NCBI GenBank assembly: GCA_041489255.1
Contig: JBGPQV010000003.1
Location: 105,836-169,835 of the forward strand
DNA from: Thermoplasmata archaeon
Lineage (GTDB): Archaea > Thermoplasmatota > Thermoplasmata > RBG-16-68-12 > JAFNFQ01
Reading direction: 5' to 3'
Length of the DNA stretch: 64,000 bases
Shown: piece after piece, positions 49,891 to 58,262 of the stretch
How the letters are laid out: each line of letters begins with the position of its first letter
Position numbering within the stretch: position 1 is the first letter of the stretch
Made by a program: the position numbers and the translations under genes
Notes under the pieces: model-generated
What the model was told of the DNA's origin: nothing
Database searches by the model: none
What the model saw: the letters and a program-made list of their open reading frames with translations, nothing else

Positions 49891-50050
49891 CGGCGGGCCA
49901 TAAGTGAGCACCTCCGACGGTCCGCTTGGTCCGTACCGCAATCATAAGCGTAGCGCACGACCGGCCATCGCCCGAAACGCTTAGATATCCGTAAAACGCG
50001 GTTCAAGAACAGCTAAGTAATCTTGCAGCCCTTCGCTCCTCGGGAGCTTG

Positions 50051-52258
50051 ATGAACGTGGAAACGCCAGAGTCTTTGCCTCCGCCACCTATCCCGTCAAA
50101 GTCGAAGTTGAAAGTTGCGACCGTTGGCATCGCGCTGGTCCTGGTTATCAGCGCGTTCGCCGCGGGCTACTACTTGGGCTCCAGCCCATCCGGGAACCTG
50201 CCGGGTCCCTTGACCCAGCTCTACGTGACAGGCCTGGTCACGCTGGACAGTGGATCCACAGCATCTGGCGCGTCCGTGGTCCTCAGGGCGGAGGATGGCT
50301 CCGCCGTCGCCACGGGAACGACGGGGGCCGACGGGCGGTTCGACATCGCCCTCACTCCGCAGTTCCCGAACCGCGTCCTCGTCAAAGCCACCTACGAAAA
50401 AGCCGGCCTGCCCCCGGCCATTGGATTCCGCTGGAGCACCCGCCAATCGGACGGCGGCGCGGTCGATGTGGGCCGTATCGTCCTCCCCGACCCCGCGGGA
50501 AAGGAGCTCACCCTCGCTGGGAGCGTTGCCACCAGCGGGGACGGGAGCATCCGCGTGTCCGGGGTACCTGCGGGCATCGACTCCATCTGGGCACGCGGCT
50601 ATGTCGCCGACGACTTCCCTGATGTCTTCCCCGGCGACCTCGCCGAGGGGACCGCCCAGCCGATAGTCAATCAGGTCGTCCTCTGGATCTCCGCCCTTGA
50701 CGGCGCCGGGAACCTCGTGACCGCGGTGAATCCCCCAGCCGACATCCGCCTTCTCATACCGCCGAGCGAGTGGGAGGAGCTTGAGGACCTCGTGGCGGGG
50801 AACGGAGTCCTCGACACGGGCGTGTACTCCTTCAACCAGACCTCGGGGTACTGGGAACGCGAAGCAAACGGCGTCCTCGTGAACGCCGCTGGCAGCGCGA
50901 TCCCAGAGTCAGAGGGCAGCGCGATTCGGCGCGGAACGCATGTCGGGGACGTCTACGCGCAGTTCGCCGCAGGCCACTTCTCCTACTGGAACATCGACCA
51001 CCCCGCAACGGAGTGCGATCCGGACTTCGGCGACGCCCCCGATCCCCCCTACCCCAGTCTGACGGCGAGCGGGGGTGCCGTTCACTTGAAACCCTGCAGC
51101 GCGTGGCTCGGACACTTCGCCGACGGAGAGAGCGACGCCGAGGTGCCGGACCTCGACCTCTACGACGACGGCCTGGAGTCCTCCTCCCCCCTGAAGGTCA
51201 AAGTCGCGAACTGGGACTGGCCCGACCCGCTCTACATCAACGTGCTCATCGACCAAGGCAGGGACGGGGATTGGAGCGATGCGGGAGACTGGGTTGTCCG
51301 GAACGTCGAGGTCAGCGTTCCCAAGGTAAGCGAGGTCACCTTCAATCTGGACGCCGAGTGGGACGGGATATCTTGGATGCGGATCACCCTGACCGGCATC
51401 ACGATCGCCAACTACGACGGCCATGGGAGCTTCGCGATCGGGGAGACGGAGGACTACGGGCCACCAATGGACCTCCTCCAGGTCGCCGTCTGGGGGAACG
51501 GCACGGTTTCGAGCACGCCCTCGGGAATCGACTGCCGCGAGGGTTCGGGCACCTGCTCCTGGTCGTTCGAACGCGGAACCAAGGTCGATCTCGCCGCGTC
51601 GCCCGACCCCGGAGAGAGCTTCATCGGCTGGGAAGGCGCCTGCGGCGGGGTGCCTCCGGGCAGCGGGGTCTGCACGCTGGACATCCTTGGACCGACGAGT
51701 GTCGGTGCGCTTTTCAGCCAACCTTTCGTGGACTTGTCCGTCTACATCTGGGGGAACGGGATGATCACGAGCGCCCCTCCAGGGGTTTCGTGCGCAGGGA
51801 CGGGGATCATGGACTACACGATCCCGCCGGCCTGCGTGACGCGCTTCCCCTTCGGGACGGGCTCGGTGGTCCTTACCGCCACGCCGGACCCCAGTGAGAC
51901 CTTCTACGGATGGTCCAGCGAATGCTCGTCCTCATGGACAAACGCGACATGCGGCGTCGTGATGGACCGCGACAGGACCGTGGACGCCTTCTTCGCCAAT
52001 TTGACAATGGGGCTGACGGTCGATGGGTGGAACCAGAGCGGATTCGGGAACGTCACCAGCTGGCCGCCGGGTATCAACTGCAGCTTCCCAGGTCCGAGCT
52101 GCCTATGGCATTTCCTTTTCAGGGCTGTCGTGACTCTCACCGCCACGCCGGGGCCCGGATACAGCTTCGACTCCTGGGAAGGCGACTGTTCCGGAACGTC
52201 GCCAGTCTGCACCGTCCGCATGGACCAGCCCCGGTGGGTCTTCGCGATATTCGTGTAG
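50051..52258 (+). CDS. N-terminally anchored surface protein with GEVED-like domain and three InlB-B/Flg_new-like repeats
   Basis: N-terminal TM; DFGDAP..Y...GETEDY; three G.V.S.P.GI.C...V.L.A.P.....F..W.G.C repeats. Confidence 0.85.
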   Translation: MNVETPESLPPPPIPSKSKLKVATVGIALVLVISAFAAGYYLGSSPSGNLPGPLTQLYVTGLVTLDSGSTASGASVVLRAEDGSAVATGTTGADGRFDIALTPQFPNRVLVKATYEKAGLPPAIGFRWSTRQSDGGAVDVGRIVLPDPAGKELTLAGSVATSGDGSIRVSGVPAGIDSIWARGYVADDFPDVFPGDLAEGTAQPIVNQVVLWISALDGAGNLVTAVNPPADIRLLIPPSEWEELEDLVAGNGVLDTGVYSFNQTSGYWEREANGVLVNAAGSAIPESEGSAIRRGTHVGDVYAQFAAGHFSYWNIDHPATECDPDFGDAPDPPYPSLTASGGAVHLKPCSAWLGHFADGESDAEVPDLDLYDDGLESSSPLKVKVANWDWPDPLYINVLIDQGRDGDWSDAGDWVVRNVEVSVPKVSEVTFNLDAEWDGISWMRITLTGITIANYDGHGSFAIGETEDYGPPMDLLQVAVWGNGTVSSTPSGIDCREGSGTCSWSFERGTKVDLAASPDPGESFIGWEGACGGVPPGSGVCTLDILGPTSVGALFSQPFVDLSVYIWGNGMITSAPPGVSCAGTGIMDYTIPPACVTRFPFGTGSVVLTATPDPSETFYGWSSECSSSWTNATCGVVMDRDRTVDAFFANLTMGLTVDGWNQSGFGNVTSWPPGINCSFPGPSCLWHFLFRAVVTLTATPGPGYSFDSWEGDCSGTSPVCTVRMDQPRWVFAIFV

Positions 52259-52323
52259 TGCGGCTCTTTTGCCCGTATTCAGCCCTACGCTGACGGACTC
52301 GTGGATGACCGCCACACCGACGA

Positions 52324-52656
52324 TCAACGGCTCCCCGGACCTTCTCCCTCCTCCGGTCCTGGCGTCTCCGGCCTCAGAGCCCTGAGTATCGCCACTGAGA
52401 TTCCCGCCATCAGGATTGACAGATCGACAGCCGTACCTACTCCCATCAGCGGGGGTATCGAGAGTTGTCCCGTGAAGAGGGACACGATTCCGGTTCCCGC
52501 CTCCGCAACGACGAAAGGCAGTGAAGCGATCGTGAACGCCTTCGCCACCGCCATCTTGCTCCTCCTGCCCTTCCAAGGCCTCCTCTTCGAAGACCAAGAC
52601 CCGACAATCGCCAGCAGAGCTGCGAAAATCCCCGCCACTATCGGCTTGTAGTTCAC
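52324..52656 (-). CDS. Small membrane protein
   Basis: Three hydrophobic segments, SD-like GAG before GTG start. Confidence 0.6.
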   Translation of the reverse strand: MNYKPIVAGIFAALLAIVGSWSSKRRPWKGRRSKMAVAKAFTIASLPFVVAEAGTGIVSLFTGQLSIPPLMGVGTAVDLSILMAGISVAILRALRPETPGPEEGEGPGSR

Positions 52657-52824
52657 CTCGACCTTTGGCGGTGGCGGTTCCTTTGTTAGTCATGAGGAAG
52701 GCTGGCAAGTGCAGCGAGGACAGCCTTGTCTTGGAGGGCGGGAGCGGACGAGCAAGAGGGAGCCCCCGACTTCGTCATCCGCCACATCTGGCCACTCCAT
52801 GACGACCGGAGGCGCGCGAGATGA

Positions 52825-53532
52825 TCAACCCGGGTGGACATGAGACTGCGGCGAAGGCTTGTACTCTTCCATGAATCCCATTCGCAGCCTCAAGATGATG
52901 TCCGCATAGAACTTCTTGTATCCCTCTGGGTCCGAATTGAACTTCTCGATCTCCTCCCTCGGCATGGGCTCGCAGACGCTCTTCACCCATGCGTCTTCGA
53001 AGAGCAGGTTCAGGGGGATATGAACGTGTTCCACGATGTTGATCCACTTCGACTTCGGCCCCATCGGAATCCCATATTCCTCGAGAACGCTCAGGACCTG
53101 GCGCGATGACTTGCAGAAGACCGTGAAGTTCTTGTGGTCTTCGACTGCAATCTCGATTTCATCGGAAGAGATGCCGAAGGAGACGAAGCCGTCATTCACG
53201 AGCTGGAAGGAGTGCCGCGTGAAGGCGTCAAGCACCTCCCCCTTCGTCAAGTCCCCTGAGACAAAAGCCATCTCGGGTCTGGGGAGGTGGTGGACCAAGA
53301 ATCCCGCGCAAGGCTCGCCGACGAACTCGCTGAGGGCTATGAACAGGGGGAACATCCTATCCCTGCTCGCGACAATGAGGAAGCCATAGTCGTATGGCGC
53401 GTGCCTGAGGCCTTCGACAAGGTAGCACTCGGTGAATTCCCTGACCGCGGCCCCGCACCGCCCTCCTTCCAGAGAGAGGCCGAAAGGCAACAGGAACTTG
53501 TTTTTCTTCTTTCGCGGGGGCTTGAGTATCAT
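52825..53532 (-). CDS. Hypothetical protein
   Basis: 235-aa ORF with globular composition (LVNDGF...EDHK). Confidence 0.75.
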   Translation of the reverse strand: MILKPPRKKKNKFLLPFGLSLEGGRCGAAVREFTECYLVEGLRHAPYDYGFLIVASRDRMFPLFIALSEFVGEPCAGFLVHHLPRPEMAFVSGDLTKGEVLDAFTRHSFQLVNDGFVSFGISSDEIEIAVEDHKNFTVFCKSSRQVLSVLEEYGIPMGPKSKWINIVEHVHIPLNLLFEDAWVKSVCEPMPREEIEKFNSDPEGYKKFYADIILRLRMGFMEEYKPSPQSHVHPG

Positions 53533-53769
53533 CTTCAGTCAACTTGCTGAGGGGGCAGGACTTCTTATAGGTGACACATCTGAATCTCGATTTAGGAGAA
53601 CGATGATTCTCCTGATTACCGCACGGGTGATTGCAGACACGCAGATCGATGGCAGGGATGTACGCCACCCACCGACCCCCCGGCTCAAATGAGTTGTCTC
53701 CTATAGCCGATCGGGATTAGATTTAATACGATGGACTCCGATAGGAAACAAGGATGAGGGGGGTCTGGA

Positions 53770-54468
53770 ATGGCTAAGCTCAAGCCCTGTCCGATCTGCG
53801 GACAGAACGTTTCGCTGGAGAAACTCGGGATACATTTGAAGAAGGTGCACCCGAGGGAGAAGGTCGAGGTCAAGCTCGAAAAGGAGGAGCGGACTGAGGT
53901 CGAGGAGGCGGCGAAAGCCCGCAGGCGTTCAGCTCGCCCCAAGGGTAGATGGATCGTCCTGGTGGCCCTGCTGGTCATCGTTGCGGTCGTCATCGCCTTC
54001 GTCTATGTGCCGAGAGGAATCAAGGTGGGGGACATGGCGCCGGGCTTCAATCTCCCTGATACGTACGGGGTCGACTGGAACCTTGACAGTCACCTGGCGG
54101 AGAAGAAGCCGATCCTCCTCGAATTCATGCACCCGTGGTGCGTGTACTGCAACAACTCCGTCGCGACGCTGAGGGACGTGTTCAACCATTACGGGACGCA
54201 GCTCACGATGGTTAGCATCGCAGTGAGGAACGACGCCGAGGCGAAGCCTATTCCAACGCTGGAAATGTTGAACCAGCACATACAGGACTGGGGCGTCCAA
54301 TGGCCATGTCTCCTTGAGAGTCCTGGGACGGATGTCAGGGACCGATATGGTGTAAGCGGGACTCCGACTTGCTTCTTGCTCGATACTGACGGGAAGATAT
54401 CCTACATTCATGTGGGCGAATTGGATTTCAATGCCCTGAAAAGCGAGATCGACCGTCTCACGCCCTGA
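53770..54468 (+). CDS. TlpA-like thioredoxin with N-terminal C2H2 zinc finger and TM anchor
   Basis: CPICG...H.KKVH; TM; GDMAPGFNL; WCVYC; YGVSGTPT. Confidence 0.88.
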   Translation: MAKLKPCPICGQNVSLEKLGIHLKKVHPREKVEVKLEKEERTEVEEAAKARRRSARPKGRWIVLVALLVIVAVVIAFVYVPRGIKVGDMAPGFNLPDTYGVDWNLDSHLAEKKPILLEFMHPWCVYCNNSVATLRDVFNHYGTQLTMVSIAVRNDAEAKPIPTLEMLNQHIQDWGVQWPCLLESPGTDVRDRYGVSGTPTCFLLDTDGKISYIHVGELDFNALKSEIDRLTP

Positions 54469-54508
54469 GGAATAATGCTTCCCAAGAGATACTATCGGCC
54501 AAGCAGTC

Positions 54509-54874
54509 TCACCTCACCTTGCAAGAGATGGAGGATGGACTGATGAACTTGTCTTCCTTACGGATTTTCGCTGCTAGTTCGAATACCTCAGTGTTTGCCT
54601 CTCCAAGTCCGAAGAGGACTAGATTGCCTTGAACCTCGCGGTCACTGAGGTAACGAAGCGCGTCAGTCATACGCTCTCGCTCAGGAGCCAAGTTCATTAC
54701 CAATTCTCCAAGTGCGGCCATGCAGGCGCAAGGAGTCAGTTGTTTCCCGCTGAACAGCAATTGCCTAGCTGCATCCACGAGATCCCAGTCCGTATCGGCA
54801 CCGAGCGCGGCTTGAAGCACATCCGTGTCTAGGTGCGCTCGCCGATCAGACGGTTTGCCACCAGGAAAGCCCAA
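54509..54874 (-). pseudogene. PIN-domain toxin, apparently C-terminally truncated
   Basis: LDTDVL...ALGE.. PIN N-terminal motifs; stops after DKFISPS, where the D..I.A helix should follow. Confidence 0.5.
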
Positions 54875-55311
54875 CCCTCCTCGAACCTGTCAGCGATCAG
54901 CGGTTTCCTTGATTGGAAAAAGCTTCTGATCTGGCCACGATCTAATGAGGAATCATGGGCCGCTATTGAATGAATTGTCGTCACGGCTTCGAGGAAGTTG
55001 TTGCCTTGGTGAACGGCCCCGGCGATGATGCGAAGCATGTGCTCAGGGATTTCGACTGGGATCGTCTCCGGTGACTGACCAAGCAAGCGCATGCTCAATA
55101 ACGCATAGTAGTCCTTAGCCAGATCAGGCGAGTAGGGGCCGTGGAAATAGTCATTGAACGAATATCGTGCCGCTGGTGCAAACCCCAAGACCTTCAGAAC
55201 ATAGACCGATTTCTGGATCCGCAGCCGGCTGTCAAAGGAGGCCGCGTCGAATGGTTGCCCCGTTCCGTGCTCGAGGACAGCGAGCATTCCAGCGAGTTCC
55301 GTTATCGGCAT
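54829..55311 (-). CDS. Panacea/YwgA-like antitoxin
   Basis: FDSRLRIQKSVY.L...YSF..Y.HGPYSPDLA.DYY...FLEAVTTIH; ATG at 55311 after GGGA (ORF open from 55362). Confidence 0.75.
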   Translation of the reverse strand: MPITELAGMLAVLEHGTGQPFDAASFDSRLRIQKSVYVLKVLGFAPAARYSFNDYFHGPYSPDLAKDYYALLSMRLLGQSPETIPVEIPEHMLRIIAGAVHQGNNFLEAVTTIHSIAAHDSSLDRGQIRSFFQSRKPLIADRFEEGWAFLVANRLIGERT

Positions 55312-55473
55312 ATCCCTTCCTTCGGTATCTCGTCTTCCGATATTTTGTGCCGAGTGCATCATTTACCCGTCCGGTATAAGAGCCTGCCGAGGTCCTTACT
55401 AAAAGTTCTTTTCAAATCCTTGCAAGGCTCTGAAAACACTTGGCGTTCCATAGGGTTCGTACTTCCTCCCAGC

Positions 55474-55524
55474 TGTTCCCCCCGAGCTCCCGCGCTCAGA
55501 GTAATGGCGGGGGCACCTTTCCCC
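55474..55524. repeat. Dispersed hairpin repeat, copy C
   Basis: TGTTCCCCCCGAGCTCCCGCGCTCAGAGTAATGGCGGGGGCACCTTTCCCC. Confidence 0.75.
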
Positions 55525-55575
55525 TTTCTTCGTGGTCGATCTCAGGCAGAAGATTCAGCGGGCATCAATGAGGAC

Positions 55576-55685
55576 TCATGCCGTGATCCCGCCAATGTAG
55601 CAAAGGTCAACAAACATGGTTCGGTTTATTCTCTTCCTTTCCCTACTCACTTCTGAGGTGAGCTGAAAACCGCACTTCTCGTGAC
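55576..55685 (-). pseudogene. C-terminal remnant of a GNAT toxin
   Basis: EKCGFQL...NRTMFVDL matches the FYEKxGF...MxxDL end of GNAT toxins; rest missing. Confidence 0.55.
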
Positions 55686-55695
55686 TCCAAAAACA

Positions 55696-55845
55696 CTACT
55701 CTTTCGGTCTGAGTCTCAGGTAAAATTCCCTGCATCCTTTGTAGAGTTCCTTCTGGGCAGGAGTGAGACTGAAGTTCTCAAGTCTCTTGAGGAACTCCTT
55801 TGCGTCTTTCCCCCTTATCTCAGGGATAGGTTCTGGATAGGCCAT
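55696..55845 (-). CDS. 49-aa antitoxin-like protein MAYPEPIPEIRGKDAKEFLKRLENFSLTPAQKELYKGCREFYLRLRPKE
   Basis: Not in ORF track; GGGAG SD; P.P.L.G.DA..F pattern recalled from small genes preceding GNAT toxins. Confidence 0.7.
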   Translation of the reverse strand: MAYPEPIPEIRGKDAKEFLKRLENFSLTPAQKELYKGCREFYLRLRPKE

Positions 55846-56086
55846 GTTCTCTCCCTTTGTTCTCGTAGTTTGGGTAGGTAGGTAGCTAAATGGGCATGCG
55901 CCTTACTTAACGCTTGTGCCACGAATGGCACAATGCCATCCTTGGCGAGTCGATATATTCAGACGAGCCGATGATCAGCAAGGACTGCAGGGAAATGAGA
56001 CAGCCGGATGGGTCGATCCGGAACGCGAAGGACCTCAAGGGCTGAGTGAGTCCTCGGCCCGTCTTTCCCGATTCTGGGTTACAGCC

Positions 56087-56203
56087 TCACCGGCTCCCTC
56101 TTCGGTACCTGGTGAAGTTGGGTTTTGATCCTCTTTTTGCTTTCCGAGTTGATTTCTTGCCGGGCCTGGCCTTTTTCGCCGTGTATCGAACAGGTTGTTT
56201 CAT
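56087..56203 (-). CDS. Putative 38-aa basic peptide MKQPVRYTAKKARPGKKSTRKAKRGSKPNFTRYRRGSR
   Basis: GAGGT SD 9 nt upstream; Lys/Arg-rich. Confidence 0.35.
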   Translation of the reverse strand: MKQPVRYTAKKARPGKKSTRKAKRGSKPNFTRYRRGSR

Positions 56204-56285
56204 CGTTCACATACCTCATCCACGAATGCATTCTTGGCAAGTGCGACTCCAAGGGTATCTCGGTCGTTCACCCGCTCCTAGCATC

Positions 56286-56672
56286 TCATTTCCTGAGGTA
56301 AGGTTGCTCCGATTTCGCGACAGAGACTAATCGCGCTTCTATCCTACGATCCAGCTCAAGTCTCCTCGCCTTTGCCCTCCGCTGACTCACGATGGTGAAG
56401 TACATCAACACGGCTAGGATCGCCAAGACCAAGGGGACGAGCAAGATGTAATACTCGTCCAATGAGTAGGTCGGCGAAGCGCCGAAGGATAGCATATAGA
56501 AGATGCCACCCGTCAAGAACGCTACGATCAGTAAGACCGTTTCCACAACGACCAGTGCATTGTTCCCCTGTGCTTTCCTGCAATCGCCCCGCATGAGCAT
56601 CGAAATGCTGGTGGTGCTGATCATTAAAGAAATGAAATTGAAGGCCAGTGAACCGATCGTCGCTTCTGTCAC
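56286..56672 (-). CDS. Hypothetical membrane protein
   Basis: Three TM segments and basic C-terminal tail; start uncertain. Confidence 0.6.
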   Translation of the reverse strand: MTEATIGSLAFNFISLMISTTSISMLMRGDCRKAQGNNALVVVETVLLIVAFLTGGIFYMLSFGASPTYSLDEYYILLVPLVLAILAVLMYFTIVSQRRAKARRLELDRRIEARLVSVAKSEQPYLRK

Positions 56673-56799
56673 TCGAAATCACCGGGCCGTGGTTCCAATG
56701 CGGTGCCCCACAACGCCATGCAATCAAGAATGCGGTCTATGATACATCAATCCTTGCCTATGTAGCCGCTGATGATATCCAAGAACCATTATCTTCAGC

Positions 56800-57555
56800 T
56801 CACAGGCGGAGATTGCCGAGATTTCTGTTGTCGTGCACGAGGCACCATACCGCCGTGCCCATGAATGCAAACAAGAACGACAGCGCATGCACAAGCACAT
56901 TCACGCCAGGCCCAGCGGCCAGGAAGAAAGTGGGAGAGAGGAAGACTGTCCCTATCAGCACCACGAAGACAACGAAGTTGGCAAGCCGGTTACGGCGGGC
57001 CCGTCGCAGATTCGGAGAGTCGGAGTGGCATGGCACGACATCCTGAGACTGACGATCCCTTAGCAGTGCATTGAAGAGACAGAAGACGGATGTGATCCCC
57101 CACGCCGCGTAGACCAAGCCCGAGGCTCCATAGCCGAATCCTTTGGTCCATAAGAAAACCACATTGGCCAAAGCTCCGGAGAGGAACATGCTGAAGATGA
57201 AAACCATCTGCCTGGATCGTCTTTCCTCCGCAGGCATCGAATCGTTCGTCAAAGCGAAGACCAGTGCGAAAGTGAATAACGAGATCATGTTCGAGAGATA
57301 GTGTGGCCAAAACGAACCATGCACGAACATCGAGGTGACGATCCCCCAGGGTGTCCTCGGTGAGTCGGAAAGGAGACACATGGTCGCCGGGAACGAAGAG
57401 GAGCCGATCGTGCACGCCGGCGCCGGGAACGCATATTGCACAAGCAGGACTCCGAGGCTTACTGCAGCGATGAGAATGCATGAATAGAATACCATGGCGA
57501 ATGGTCTCACCGACCGCTTCCAAGGATGGATCAGCCTCGACAACATGGCATTCAT
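56800..57555 (-). CDS. Rhomboid-family intramembrane serine protease
   Basis: PWGIVTSMFVHGS..HYLSNM; GASG catalytic Ser; VNVLVH catalytic His. Confidence 0.85.
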   Translation of the reverse strand: MNAMLSRLIHPWKRSVRPFAMVFYSCILIAAVSLGVLLVQYAFPAPACTIGSSSFPATMCLLSDSPRTPWGIVTSMFVHGSFWPHYLSNMISLFTFALVFALTNDSMPAEERRSRQMVFIFSMFLSGALANVVFLWTKGFGYGASGLVYAAWGITSVFCLFNALLRDRQSQDVVPCHSDSPNLRRARRNRLANFVVFVVLIGTVFLSPTFFLAAGPGVNVLVHALSFLFAFMGTAVWCLVHDNRNLGNLRL

Positions 57556-57599
57556 CCATTGTCGACAGGCGGGGCGGGCCTTAAGTCAGTTGCCGTATG

Positions 57600-57638
57600 G
57601 ACCCAAGCCCCGCTCGAAAGGGCGGAGCACCTTTGCCC
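57600..57638. repeat. Dispersed hairpin repeat, copy D
   Basis: GACCCAAGCCCCGCTCGAAAGGGCGGAGCACCTTTGCCC. Confidence 0.75.
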
Positions 57639-57683
57639 TTTTTTCTGTACCCGATTTCAGGCTGAAGATTCAGCACCGAGAAC

Positions 57684-58073
57684 TTAGCGCCCCTTCCCCC
57701 ATGAATGCCAGAATGGCAGTTCTTGATAGTTCAGCGCTTCGCAACTGATACCATGTCTCTTGAGGAAGCCAGACACCTTTAGAACACCTGAAGGAGTGCC
57801 TGTACAGAGAACAAGGATGACCTCGTTGTCGTGAAATGTGTCGGCCATCGCTTTGATCTTCGATACACCGCTACGCGCTGCCCCATAATCCTTGACCTCA
57901 TAGACGATTCTCTTGTTCTCGACATAGACATCGGGATAGTACATCCTGCCGCGTGGTCCATGGAAAGCGGGAGGTTTCTGATATCCTTGAAGGTGGTCGG
58001 CCCTCACAGCATCCCCTTGGTCTCTGTGCCATTTGGCGATCCTGCGAACAACGTAATTATGGAGAGCCATCAC
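57684..58073 (-). CDS. Small PD-(D/E)XK nuclease-like protein
   Basis: H...V..IA...V.ADH...YYPDVYV....VYEVK. Confidence 0.65.
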   Translation of the reverse strand: MMALHNYVVRRIAKWHRDQGDAVRADHLQGYQKPPAFHGPRGRMYYPDVYVENKRIVYEVKDYGAARSGVSKIKAMADTFHDNEVILVLCTGTPSGVLKVSGFLKRHGISCEALNYQELPFWHSWGKGR

Positions 58074-58150
58074 CTCACCCTACCTGAGAAAGCAAATAGT
58101 CTGAGGGATTATTAAGATTCCGTAGGATATGGTGAACCTATTCGGGGGGA

Positions 58151-58192
58151 TACCCCCCTAACCCGGTCGAAAGGGCGGGGACACCTTTCCCC
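58151..58192. repeat. Dispersed hairpin repeat, copy E
   Basis: TACCCCCCTAACCCGGTCGAAAGGGCGGGGACACCTTTCCCC; overlaps a GGGGGGATACCCCCC hairpin. Confidence 0.7.
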
Positions 58193-58262
58193 ATTCAGCG
58201 TATGATACGCACATATGCCAACCCTACAGTACGGTCGGTTTTCCACGCCCCTAGTGGTGTTA

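Noticed and set aside
47991-58192. Canonical integron attC sites
   Set aside because: Paired RYYYAAC/GTTRRRY core sites are absent and no intI is seen; kept only as a non-canonical repeat
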